40,151 bases of DNA from assembly GCA_016287995.1 (NCBI GenBank), contig JAEEXW010000001.1:1-40151 (forward strand), in the 5' to 3' direction. This document shows positions 9,701 to 17,951 of this stretch, in pieces (the first letter of the stretch is position 1; the number at the start of each line of letters is the position of its first letter). Origin of the DNA: Bacteroidales bacterium (GTDB lineage: Bacteria; Bacteroidota; Bacteroidia; Bacteroidales; UBA3824). The notes under the pieces were generated by a model. It was not told where the DNA came from and did no database searches. It saw nothing but the letters and a program-made list of their open reading frames with translations. The position numbers were made by a program, and so were the translations under genes.

Positions 9701-12265
9701 GTAGGGGCAGACATCGATGTGGAAACCGTCAACAGAAAACGCGCCGCCTTTTTCAAATACTTTCACCTCGTAGAAAGCCCTCATTTTGTTGGGATACGTG
9801 CGCCAGGAGTTGCTCAAAAATTCGTCAGAGATACTTCCCTGACCGTTTTCGTTTAAAACGCCTTCGCCGACCTGCTGCATATAACCGTCAAAATCAGCAG
9901 CCTTGACGTTGGAGAAAGTATAGCCTTTGAACTTGTCGAAATTCAGTTCCGCAGGTTTCAAAGAGCGGCTGACATGGTATTTCAAGTTTGCAGCCTTTGC
10001 GCCGTGCAGCCATGACGAAGTGATTCTCATAACGTTGCCTTTGCTTGTGAGAGTTCCTTTGTTGAACTCGGCAAAGATTTTCAGTCTGTTAGGTTTGATG
10101 TTTTCAACCCTCAGAGTCTTGCGGAAAGATGCGTTTCCGCAGTTGACAACAGCCTCGTAACTGCCAGTTACGGCATCGTCAGCGGTCTTGAAATTAAACA
10201 CGTAGAAGTTTGACGGATTTTTTGTAACCGTCTCTTTTACAATCTGTTGAGAGAGAGAATTTCTGACTTCCAAAGTTATCGGGAAACCCTGCGGAAGTGA
10301 TTTGCCGTCCTCTTCTTTCAAAATAAAACTCAAATGTATTGAGTCTCCGGGTCTCCAAACGCCTCTTTCACCGTAGAGAAAGCCTCTCAGACCGTCGGTT
10401 ACATCCGCACCTGAAACGTCGAATTTGCTCAGCGACAATGAGTTGCCGTCTTCGAGTTTCAAATAGTTGGCTTCTTTGCCGCTTCTTGCAACGGCGATGT
10501 AAGCCTTTTTAGCGTCGGCAAAAACAGCCTTGCCTTCGCCGTCGGTTGTAGTTTTTGCCAAAAGTTGCTGCTGATAGCCGTAAAGTTCAACGGTTGCCCC
10601 GCTGACAGGTTTGGCGGTTCTGAGGTCGGTCGCAAAAACCGAAACGGAATTGTCAGGACCTTTTTTGGCAATCATTCCGACGTTGGTTGCCAAAATGCAC
10701 TGCTCGATGAATTTGTCTTTCTGATAGTACATTTTGTAGCACGGATTGTTTTCGTTGCGCCAGTTGTAACCCGCGCTCGAATAATAATAGTCGTCAACGC
10801 CGTAATATCTGTCATAATCGTCAAAATCCTTGATGTCAACATCCTGCTCGTCAGCGCAGTTGTCGCCGCCGCCGCAAGTGTCGCAGTCGAAAATCGCGTG
10901 GGACTTTCTGAAAGAAATTTTTACGTCGTAAATCGTTCCCGGCTCGGAACTGATGAGTTTTGAAAGTTCAAGATAATATCTGTTCCATTCCTTGATTTTT
11001 GAGTCGTCCTCGTCGGCAATGTGAATGGTTTTTCTCAAAACCGGAACGCCGGTTCTTGAAAGATTTTCATTGTTCCAATAGTCGCTGTAATCGCGGATAT
11101 AACTCAAAATGTTGTTTTCCAAGACTTTGATAATCGTAACGTCCACCGCTTTGAGGTTGACCGCCTCAAAAGGATATACAAGGCCGTTTTCGCTTTCAGG
11201 AAGAATTAGACCCGTTTTAACGGTTCTGACCTGAGGCTTCTGCATCTCAAAATCAGCGGTAAAAGTCTTGCTGTCAGAGAGTTTTACGCCAAGCACGTTT
11301 TGAATGCCTTCCGAAACCGTAACCTTGACCTCGCCGCGCTGTTTTACCGCCGGAAAAACGTTGACGCAGTTGTCGTCAATTTGAATTTTTATTTCGGTGT
11401 TTTCGCCGCTCCTGCTGTCAAAAAACGTTACAAGACCCGCCATGTTCTGATTGTCTTTCAAGGGATCTGAAAACATGATTTTAAGACACTGGTCGGGAGC
11501 GTTTACAACTTCGAGCCTGTCAATTCTGAACTCGTTGACGGCGGGAATTTCCACCTGCTTTTCGCCTCTGGAATCCGCGGAAATTTTTGAGCCGTCATAT
11601 TTTATGGAAAGAATTTCCGTCTTGTCAAAACGCTCAATGCTGTCGATTGAAAAAACAAAATTCTGGCTTTTGTCTTCCAGTTCACGGAAATTGACGTTGA
11701 TATTTTTGCCGCAATACTGCGCCGAAACTGCGCGTTTTATGTTTTGCAAATCCTCGTAGTCGGCAGTTCTTACAACACCCGTAACGCTCTGAAATTTAAG
11801 CGTTTTTTTGTCGGTTGTGGTCTGACTTTCTATCAAAACCTTCATGTCCTGCTTTATGACCGAAAAACCGAAAACAAATTTTTTCAAACGTTTTTCGTCG
11901 GTTTTGACAAGTTTTCCGAGGTTGAATTCCGCAACATAGTCCTGCGAATTTTTAAAACCTTTTTCGGGTGTAAATTCGATGGTTCTCTCATCGGTAAATT
12001 TGCACGAGCCGCTTACCGACGGATAAAACTTAATCAAATCTCCCGCTTTGGCGTCTTTGTCGATTTTTTGCGCCAAATCGCTGTTTAAAACAACTTTAAC
12101 GGTACTGTTTTTATTAATCATACCGTTGGTGTAAGCCGAAATATACCTTGCAAACTCCACGTCCAAGGCGTTTATTTCAGGCTTTGAACCCCTTAGCACC
12201 GCCCAGAGTATCACTCCTAAGACGACAAGGGACGCTCCTAAAATAATGATTCGTTTTTTCGTCAT
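6728..12265 (-). CDS. Alpha-2-macroglobulin family protein (bacterial A2M/MG-domain), membrane-anchored and lacking the thioester.
   Basis: The 1845-aa length and repeated MG-domain-like beta-rich architecture fit the family. The N-terminal anchor is MTKKRIIILGASLVVLGVILWAV. At the thioester position the sequence is NYPYESLYSVVSQGFAF (about 8036-8078) instead of YPYGCxEQ. Confidence 0.85.
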   Translation of the reverse strand: MTKKRIIILGASLVVLGVILWAVLRGSKPEINALDVEFARYISAYTNGMINKNSTVKVVLNSDLAQKIDKDAKAGDLIKFYPSVSGSCKFTDERTIEFTPEKGFKNSQDYVAEFNLGKLVKTDEKRLKKFVFGFSVIKQDMKVLIESQTTTDKKTLKFQSVTGVVRTADYEDLQNIKRAVSAQYCGKNINVNFRELEDKSQNFVFSIDSIERFDKTEILSIKYDGSKISADSRGEKQVEIPAVNEFRIDRLEVVNAPDQCLKIMFSDPLKDNQNMAGLVTFFDSRSGENTEIKIQIDDNCVNVFPAVKQRGEVKVTVSEGIQNVLGVKLSDSKTFTADFEMQKPQVRTVKTGLILPESENGLVYPFEAVNLKAVDVTIIKVLENNILSYIRDYSDYWNNENLSRTGVPVLRKTIHIADEDDSKIKEWNRYYLELSKLISSEPGTIYDVKISFRKSHAIFDCDTCGGGDNCADEQDVDIKDFDDYDRYYGVDDYYYSSAGYNWRNENNPCYKMYYQKDKFIEQCILATNVGMIAKKGPDNSVSVFATDLRTAKPVSGATVELYGYQQQLLAKTTTDGEGKAVFADAKKAYIAVARSGKEANYLKLEDGNSLSLSKFDVSGADVTDGLRGFLYGERGVWRPGDSIHLSFILKEEDGKSLPQGFPITLEVRNSLSQQIVKETVTKNPSNFYVFNFKTADDAVTGSYEAVVNCGNASFRKTLRVENIKPNRLKIFAEFNKGTLTSKGNVMRITSSWLHGAKAANLKYHVSRSLKPAELNFDKFKGYTFSNVKAADFDGYMQQVGEGVLNENGQGSISDEFLSNSWRTYPNKMRAFYEVKVFEKGGAFSVDGFHIDVCPYEYYLGLKLPETDGRCLEVDKPHTVDLVAVTNKGELDSKSHKIAVRLFKLKWQYWYDSDNYISDYNSQVLCGDTLMINGKAQFTFQVSYPDWGRYMVEVRDMTSGVCASEIFYMDWPDSFGRSPMLSQGSTVVELSSDKTVYNVGETVKVNIPAPEDSRALISIETASKVIRNQWINTKAGNTEFEFKVDEKMVPGVYVFVTLLQPHGQTVNDLPIRMYGVLPVNVEDKKTKLEPVISMPDKIEAESEVQITVSEKDSKTMTYTIALVDDGILDLTHFKTPDPWKTFYSRPSLKIRTFDMFDNVIGAFGGKIEKIFSVGGDDENGGSNSSKANNFETVVKFLGPFTYSGQKRTHTIKMPKYIGSVRAMVVAGNSTAFGSAEKTATVTKPLMIFATTPRLLSTSEKFSLPVTVFTGEDKIRDVKLSIKASGGFKANGETVKELTFDGKGEQCPYFELETSDLPSIGVVEISATSGSYKSDYTLKVEIRQPNVKSQQTISKLVEQGQTVEIPFEAIGRKNTNTGKINVGAILPFNIDYHLAEVENYPYESLYSVVSQGFAFLFASKMSDMPAGRKDTVESIVKRAIEKIYAYQASSGGLSYWRNYNYTDVYITSYAGHFICEAKKAGYSVKKDFLDKWKKYQKTKAESWTPDNYSSYGTQAYRLYTLALCNEALTGQMNRLKQMKNLSDEAIIYLSGAYALSSKADAGAKLLNPIVKKGGYDRAVKLMVLCDLNDKNTAFEVAKKLSEELNSEYYYAPLNYEALSVFALGKYFDKYKPASKITCSYSFNSGANQDINSEKLFVSNDLKFNAEGQQVVSFTNKSSGQLYVEILNQGIPEAGNEKAESSVLTAQVRYLDDDGRAIQPDNLKQGTEFTAAVTIKNPSGEYIDNLVITEMFASGWEIDNSVLESGSGDDDDDDYYYRPVSYSINYTDVRDDRKYTYFSLNSKGEITFKTRLVAAYKGEFYLPGVICEKLDDNKIFVKTKGKKVKVVD

Positions 12266-12340
12266 AATTTAAAATGATTTTTGATTGTTTAAATTATGCA
12301 AAGAAAACAAAAAAAATGGTAACAAGCAAATTTTTTGAGG

Positions 12341-14863
12341 TTAAATTCCGAGTCCGTCGTATACAGCCTGACAAATCTTCTGGCGGATTTTCAACGTGTT
12401 GATTTTCTGATTGGAAGACTCAGGATAAACCCTGTTTGAAAGGAAAACAATTACGATTCCGTTTTCCGGGTCGCTCCATGCGCACGTCCCGGTAAAACCC
12501 GTATGACCGTAAGTTGAGGCGGATGCGCTCAAAGCGGCGTATTTTGAGGGTGCCATGTCAAAACCGAGAGCCCTGCCCGTGGAAGGCTGGCGCGAGGTAA
12601 ATTTTTCAACCGTCAACGAATCCAAATATCTTTTGCCGCCGTAAACGCCTTTGTTTAAGAGCATTTGAAACAAGATTCCGAGGTCCTGCGCCGAAGAAAA
12701 AAGTCCCGCGTTGCCTGACACTCCGCCTAAAAGCGCAGCCGAAGGGTCATGCACGTCGCCGCAGATATATTTTCCCGTCCAGCCGTTTTTTTCGGTCGGG
12801 GCGATTTTGTAATTGTTGAAATACTTGTATGGCGTATAACAGGTGTTTTTCATGCCGAGGGGCGCGTAAAATTTTTCCGCCAAAAAATCGTCTGTTTTGC
12901 GTTTCAAAATGTTTTCGCAAGCCATTTGCAGCAGAATCATATTTACGTCGGAATATTTGTACGGTTTTTTGTCAGAGACTTTCAGCCGCATGATGGAATT
13001 GTAAATCGTATCGGCGTAATTGTTTCTGAGCCAGAGACTTTCTGAAACACGGATTTCCGCGCTGTCCTTTATAAAATGGTCAGAATAATATTCGTTGAAA
13101 ATAATCTTCTCCAAATCAGACACGCAAACCGAATCCAAGTTGACGTTGTATTCTCTTACAAAACGTCCTATCGCATACGGAGAATTAGAATAACGGTAAA
13201 TCGGCACGTTTGGCGAAATGCCGCTTCTGTGCTCCAAAACCGACTGAACGGAAACATCATAGACGGTTTTTTTCGGCACTTTTGCCTCGGAAGTCCAGTC
13301 AATGGGCTTGTCAAAATATTTGCCGAGTTTTTCTTTTGTGTCAAGAAGTTTTTCACCGGTCAGATACATTGCCATAACCGTGGTTGCCGAAATTTTGGTA
13401 AGCGAGGCAATATCGTAAATGTCGTCGGTGTTGACGGGTTTTGAGTCGAGGTCGTACGTAAAATATCCGAAGGCTTTGTTAACCAGCACTTTGTTGTCTT
13501 TGCTGACAAAAATCTGACAGCCGGGAAAACAGCGGTTGAGAATCGCAAAATTGACAATCGAGTCTATCGTGTCGCGGTAATTTTTTTCAAAACTCTCGTC
13601 TTGAAGATACTGCAAACGTGTCGGCAAAAGTTTTACGGAAGTGCCTTTTTTGATGTTTTCAAAACCTGAGAGCGGGAATTTTCCTGAGACTTTTACGCCG
13701 CCGAAAACCGCTTGTGCCGCTATATCTCCCGCTAAATAGCCGTTGCCGAAAACCTGCAAAACAGATTTTGCGCCCAAGAGTTTCAAGTTGTCCTCATAAT
13801 TGATGTTTACGACGCACGAATGTCCGCTTTTTAGCACGGGGCGGATAAGATTTATGATTTCTTTGTTGTCCAACTTGCAGTTAATAAGGAAGATGACGTT
13901 TTTCTTAAAGTTCTCTTTTATAACGCCTTCTGTTTCCAAAACCGTCGGATTGCAATAGTAATAATTCGGCTTGCAGTACATGGAAGTCCGCGACAAAAAT
14001 CCCGCCTGACGCAGACCGCCGATTTGGATTATCGTCAAATCCGTCAAATCTTTTACCGGCAGAAATTTTGAATCGTTTTTAACGCAGGTTATTGATTTTA
14101 AAGCGGCTAATAGGGCAGCCTCTTTTTTGGAAACATTTTCCTGCAAAACGGGCTCTGAGGAATACTGGTATTTTCCGCGCAAAATACGCAGGACTTTTTC
14201 GTCAACAGCATTGACAAGATGTTTTTTCTTGTCGTTTGAGAGCAGTTTTTTTACATCGGCGACAACTTCATCGGGAGAGAGCGTACCCATAGCGAGTCCG
14301 TTGTCAGAGAGTAATATTTCTTTCAAATCTTCTGTATTGCTGAAATTTTTTACGGAAAATCCGTTCATGGAGTTAAGCGGCACTTTTTCTGAAAATTTGC
14401 CGCAGACCGCATTTACGCCGATGGTTTTGAGAGTGTCGGCAATCAGGACGCAAAAATTTTTCAAAACCGTTTCGTCTTTGCCGGAAGCCAAAACAGCATA
14501 CGGATTCATATAATTCGGCAAATCAGCCATCGGTTTTGAAATGTCGCAGATATTGAAAAGCGGAACTCCTGATTTTTGCGAAATGAAATCCACGTTGTTT
14601 TTTAATTCGTTGAAACTCATTGCATTATAAACAACGCCGGAAGGAATTTTGTCCAACAGAGCGGGATTTTTGTCCCGTGAATCATAAATGTAAAGTTGAA
14701 GAATTTTTTCTTCAACACTCATCTTAGAAAAAACGCTGTCTGCCAGCGAAACACTTTGAATATCAGAAATATAGTTATCACTTTCGCTGCTGTGAGCGAA
14801 AGTGAAAGCAAATACCGGCAACAATGCTGCCGCGATAACCGCCAAGATGATTGTCCTTTTCAT
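12341..14863 (-). CDS. Secreted fusion protein: GH3-like N-terminal domain (probably degenerate) plus a C-terminal beta-lactamase/PBP-fold serine hydrolase.
   Basis: A signal peptide is present. The SxxK motif DIASLTKISATT lies at 13394-13405, and the C-terminal HTGFTGT resembles a KTG-like box. The N-terminal half resembles NagZ/GH3, but I cannot find the canonical catalytic motif. Confidence 0.7.
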   Translation of the reverse strand: MKRTIILAVIAAALLPVFAFTFAHSSESDNYISDIQSVSLADSVFSKMSVEEKILQLYIYDSRDKNPALLDKIPSGVVYNAMSFNELKNNVDFISQKSGVPLFNICDISKPMADLPNYMNPYAVLASGKDETVLKNFCVLIADTLKTIGVNAVCGKFSEKVPLNSMNGFSVKNFSNTEDLKEILLSDNGLAMGTLSPDEVVADVKKLLSNDKKKHLVNAVDEKVLRILRGKYQYSSEPVLQENVSKKEAALLAALKSITCVKNDSKFLPVKDLTDLTIIQIGGLRQAGFLSRTSMYCKPNYYYCNPTVLETEGVIKENFKKNVIFLINCKLDNKEIINLIRPVLKSGHSCVVNINYEDNLKLLGAKSVLQVFGNGYLAGDIAAQAVFGGVKVSGKFPLSGFENIKKGTSVKLLPTRLQYLQDESFEKNYRDTIDSIVNFAILNRCFPGCQIFVSKDNKVLVNKAFGYFTYDLDSKPVNTDDIYDIASLTKISATTVMAMYLTGEKLLDTKEKLGKYFDKPIDWTSEAKVPKKTVYDVSVQSVLEHRSGISPNVPIYRYSNSPYAIGRFVREYNVNLDSVCVSDLEKIIFNEYYSDHFIKDSAEIRVSESLWLRNNYADTIYNSIMRLKVSDKKPYKYSDVNMILLQMACENILKRKTDDFLAEKFYAPLGMKNTCYTPYKYFNNYKIAPTEKNGWTGKYICGDVHDPSAALLGGVSGNAGLFSSAQDLGILFQMLLNKGVYGGKRYLDSLTVEKFTSRQPSTGRALGFDMAPSKYAALSASASTYGHTGFTGTCAWSDPENGIVIVFLSNRVYPESSNQKINTLKIRQKICQAVYDGLGI

Positions 14864-16069
14864 TTATTCCAATTTTTCGACCTTCAAAAAACAACTGTCG
14901 CCGTAACTCAAAAATCTGAAATTGTTGTTTAACGCGTAATCGTAAATTTTTTTCCAGTCTTCTCCGACAGCCGCCGCAACAAGCAGCAAAAGAGTGCTTT
15001 GCGGCTGGTGAAAATTGGTTATTATATTGTTTACGATTCGGTATTTGTAACCCGGACAAATCATAACCGAGGTTGAGGCTTTGAAACTTTTTTCGCCTTT
15101 TTTGTCAATAAAATCAATAATTGCGCGGATTGCGGTTTCAGCGTCAGTATTCGGCTCATTTTCATAACATTCCCATTGCGAGAGTGTTACCGGATTTTCA
15201 CCTTTCAGAATTTTGATTCCCGACCAATAAAGTGTCTCCAAAGTTCGTACCGAAGTAGTGCCGACGGCGGTAATTTTTGAAGAAAATTTCAAAATTTTTT
15301 CAAGCGTATCTCTGCTTACTTCAAAGACTTCCCTGTGCATTTCGTGCCCGCCGATTGTCTCGCTTTTGACGGGCTTGAAAGTACCCGCGCCGACGTGCAA
15401 AGTAAGGGCGGCTTTTTCACATTCGAGGTTTTCCAAAAGTTGCGGCGTAAAATGCAGACCGGCTGTCGGCGCAGCAACAGAGCCTTTGAAATGGGAGTAA
15501 ACAGTCTGATAATCAACGCTGTCTGAGGTTTCAGCCTTGCGGTTGAGATACGGCGGAATCGGGATTTGTCCGGCGATGTCGATTATGTCAGAAAAAGTGT
15601 AATCGCCTGACCAAGAAAATTTTACGATGACTTCGCCGCCTAAGACTTCCGTTTTTTCAGCCTCAAAAATTATGTTTTGATTGTTGTAAGAAAATTCGCG
15701 TTTGAGGTTAAAATTTTTCCAGCGTTTGAGATTTCCCGCCAAACATTTCCATTGACAAGAATTTTTAGCGGCAAAATTGTTTTCGTAGTCCGCCGGAGAA
15801 AAAGGTTCAAGACAAAAAATCTCGATTCTCGCGCCGTTTTCGTTGAAAAATTCCAAACGCGCAGGAATAACTTTTGTGTTGTTGACTACCAAAAGAGAGT
15901 CCTTGTCCAAAAGTTCTGTGATGTCGGAAAAAACGCCTTCGGAAATTTCTTTGTCTTTGTAAATCAAGAGTTTGCATTTGTCCCTTTCTTTCAAGGGAAA
16001 CTTTGCAATTTTTTGTTCGGGCAGATTATATGTATAATCTGCAATTTTTATTGACTGTTGAGGTATCAT
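14864..16069 (-). CDS. queA: S-adenosylmethionine:tRNA ribosyltransferase-isomerase.
   Basis: Motifs include YTYNLPEQKIAKFPLKERD, VAAPTAGLHFT, HVGAGTFKPV, AVGTTSVRTLE and TNFHQPQSTLLLLV, ending in FLSYGDSCFL. Its stop directly abuts the next ATG at 14863. Confidence 0.95.
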   Translation of the reverse strand: MIPQQSIKIADYTYNLPEQKIAKFPLKERDKCKLLIYKDKEISEGVFSDITELLDKDSLLVVNNTKVIPARLEFFNENGARIEIFCLEPFSPADYENNFAAKNSCQWKCLAGNLKRWKNFNLKREFSYNNQNIIFEAEKTEVLGGEVIVKFSWSGDYTFSDIIDIAGQIPIPPYLNRKAETSDSVDYQTVYSHFKGSVAAPTAGLHFTPQLLENLECEKAALTLHVGAGTFKPVKSETIGGHEMHREVFEVSRDTLEKILKFSSKITAVGTTSVRTLETLYWSGIKILKGENPVTLSQWECYENEPNTDAETAIRAIIDFIDKKGEKSFKASTSVMICPGYKYRIVNNIITNFHQPQSTLLLLVAAAVGEDWKKIYDYALNNNFRFLSYGDSCFLKVEKLE

Positions 16070-16070
16070 T

Positions 16071-16217
16071 TTAATTTTTGAAAAATTCTTTACAAGAAAT
16101 ATTTATATCAATAAATTCAAAATTATGTTCAGGAAGCATGTCATAAACTTTTTTTGCCTCGCTGTCGGCGGAAACAAAATATGCTATATCGCTTTCCGAA
16201 TGTGCCTGAGCAAACAT
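16071..16217 (-). CDS. Possible 48-aa small ORF, or the frameshifted C-terminus of the upstream gene.
   Basis: It reads MFAQAHSESDIAYFVSADSEAKKVYDMLPEHNFEFIDINISCKEFFKN. Its TAA (16073..16071) lies 1 nt before the queA ATG (16069). It overlaps the last 77 nt of ORF 16141..16722 in another frame. It is below the ORF-track size cutoff. Confidence 0.35.
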   Translation of the reverse strand: MFAQAHSESDIAYFVSADSEAKKVYDMLPEHNFEFIDINISCKEFFKN

Positions 16218-16722
16218 TTTTATTTTCGTATCCCCTTATTTCTTTAAGCCATTTGTCAGGGTCGCCGACAGACTCCCATCTCGGTGTTGACTTTTCAATC
16301 AAACCGTTCAAATATTCTTCGTCATAAACCGGATTGTGTTCAAAAATTTCAACCATTTCAAAACTTTCGGAATCATACTCCCACGTGTCGGTACGCTGAC
16401 GGTATGAAACAAGAATACCGCAATTTTTATAATCCGGATTCTCTTTTATAATTTTCAATTGTTCCGGTGATACTTTTATCTTGTATGTCAAACCGTTGTC
16501 GCAATTCAAGACAACAAATTTCGCGCTTGTTTTTACTATCGTTCCGTAAAAGTTTTTTTCTTCTTTTATCCAGACGACATCTTTTTCTTCGGTTTCTTTT
16601 TCCTGAATCATACGCGGCAAAAAACTCACAGCCTCACGCATTTGCCTAAGGTTGAAACTTCTGAAAATTTCAAAAAAGTTTCTCAGTTGCGGGTCTTTGG
16701 TTTTGAATTGAACTTTTCTCAT
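16141..16722 (-). CDS. Hypothetical cytoplasmic protein, first gene of the queA-containing minus-strand transcription unit.
   Basis: I chose the start MRKVQFKT (ATG 16722..16720) because a TAtaTTTG -7 box sits 17 nt upstream; the track start at 16809 lies inside the promoter region. The last 24 aa (VCSGTFGKRYSIFCFRRQRGKKSL) look non-native. Confidence 0.6.
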   Translation of the reverse strand: MRKVQFKTKDPQLRNFFEIFRSFNLRQMREAVSFLPRMIQEKETEEKDVVWIKEEKNFYGTIVKTSAKFVVLNCDNGLTYKIKVSPEQLKIIKENPDYKNCGILVSYRQRTDTWEYDSESFEMVEIFEHNPVYDEEYLNGLIEKSTPRWESVGDPDKWLKEIRGYENKNVCSGTFGKRYSIFCFRRQRGKKSL

Positions 16723-16738
16723 AATCCGTATTTTTCCG

Positions 16739-16746
16739 CAAATATA
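16739..16746 (-). promoter_or_regulatory. Bacteroidota -7 element (TAtaTTTG on the minus strand).
   Basis: The plus-strand caaatata is tatatttg on the minus strand, just upstream of ATG 16722. Confidence 0.5.
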
Positions 16747-16784
16747 AAAAAGTTTTTTGAAATAAAATTTATATTTGAACTTTT

Positions 16785-16816
16785 TTTGTATTTTTCGTTC
16801 AAATAACATACATTTG
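16785..16816 (+). promoter_or_regulatory. Bacteroidota promoter: -33 TTTG with -7 TAcaTTTG.
   Basis: tttg (16785-16788) is followed after a 20-nt spacer by tacatttg (16809-16816). ATG 16838 lies 22 nt downstream. Confidence 0.55.
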
Positions 16817-16837
16817 CAAAAAAAAATTAAAGCGATT

Positions 16838-17881
16838 ATGAATTTTAAAACAGGAGATAAAGTTAAGTTTCTTAACGAAAACGATTACGGAACGGTAACG
16901 AGAGTTATGAATAACGGTATTGTTATGGTATTGAACAGCGACGATTTTGAAGTTCCCGTTCAAGCCTCGGAACTTATTCTTGACGGTTCACAATCAGAGA
17001 CTCAGACAAAAGAAATAAAAAAGCCCGCACCGCAACCGCGCATTGCAGAAGTCCAAAAACCGAGGCCCGTAACGATAAACTCCGCGCCGCAAGAAGAACG
17101 AGATAGTTACGGCTTTTATTTAGGCTTTGTGCCGGAAGAGGGCAAAAACGCTTTGCAAGCCGATTTGGAAGTTTACCTTATCAACGACAGTTGTTTCAAA
17201 GTTTTGTACAATTTTATGCGCCCGGACGAAAAAAACAGAAATCTTTTCAATTCTGTTTCGGGAATTTTGGAGCCTGACACAAAAGAGTACATCGAAACCA
17301 TAAAAAGGGATAATATCAACGGTTTGTCGGTGGTGAAATTCCAGTTTTTGTATTCTATGGACACTCCGCACACCGTAAGGCAGCCGGAAGAGTTTGACAT
17401 AAAAATTTCTCCGCAAAAATTTTTCCTTGCAAATTATTACAAACCAAACGACTTTTTTGATATTAACGCCGTCATTATGACCGTCAAGGAAAATTCTCTG
17501 ATGAGCGACGCGGTGCAGAAAATATCGGATTTTTCAAAGTCAGAGGACAAGGACACCCCGCGTCCGAGGCTCAGAGTTGTAAAAAAACAACAGTCTGAAA
17601 AACAGGAAGTTGACCTCCATATCGTGGAACTTCTCGACGACGACCGCGGAATGACTCCCAAAGAAAAACTTGACTACCAAATGAAAGTTTTCAGAGAAAA
17701 ACTCGACGAATACATAAAAAATCCGCATGTCAAAAAAGTTGTTTTCATACACGGAAAGGGCAATGGTACGCTCAAAACCGAAATCCGCAGATGTCTTGAT
17801 TTATATTATAAAAGGTATCAATATCAGGACGCTTCGTTTGAAGAATACGGCGGCGGAGCAACTTTGGTGTATGTCAAATAA
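16838..17881 (+). CDS. DUF2027-like N-terminal region fused to a C-terminal Smr (small MutS-related) nuclease domain.
   Basis: The C-terminus reads EVDLHIVELLDD...KVVFIHGKGNGTLKTEIRRCL...GGGATLVYV, giving the Smr pattern DLHG-like...HGxGxGxLk. The start MNFKTGDKVKF is supported by the upstream promoter. Confidence 0.75.
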   Translation: MNFKTGDKVKFLNENDYGTVTRVMNNGIVMVLNSDDFEVPVQASELILDGSQSETQTKEIKKPAPQPRIAEVQKPRPVTINSAPQEERDSYGFYLGFVPEEGKNALQADLEVYLINDSCFKVLYNFMRPDEKNRNLFNSVSGILEPDTKEYIETIKRDNINGLSVVKFQFLYSMDTPHTVRQPEEFDIKISPQKFFLANYYKPNDFFDINAVIMTVKENSLMSDAVQKISDFSKSEDKDTPRPRLRVVKKQQSEKQEVDLHIVELLDDDRGMTPKEKLDYQMKVFREKLDEYIKNPHVKKVVFIHGKGNGTLKTEIRRCLDLYYKRYQYQDASFEEYGGGATLVYVK

Positions 17882-17889
17882 AAAAAAAC

Positions 17890-17921
17890 TTTGTTTTTTT
17901 GAAAAAACGGTGCTATATTTG
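17890..17921 (+). promoter_or_regulatory. Bacteroidota promoter: -33 TTTG with -7 TAtaTTTG.
   Basis: tttg (17890-17893) is followed after a 20-nt spacer by tatatttg (17914-17921). ATG 17952 lies 30 nt downstream. Confidence 0.6.
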
Positions 17922-17951
17922 CGGTAATTATTTTCAAAAACAACGGATAAA

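Noticed and set aside
16200-16235. Programmed -1 ribosomal frameshift at the A-rich tract upstream of queA.
   Set aside because: The sequence (T AAA AAT) is not a canonical X_XXY_YYZ slippery heptamer. I see no downstream stimulatory hairpin. A homopolymer indel or two overlapping genes are simpler explanations. It is kept only as a frame-conflict finding.
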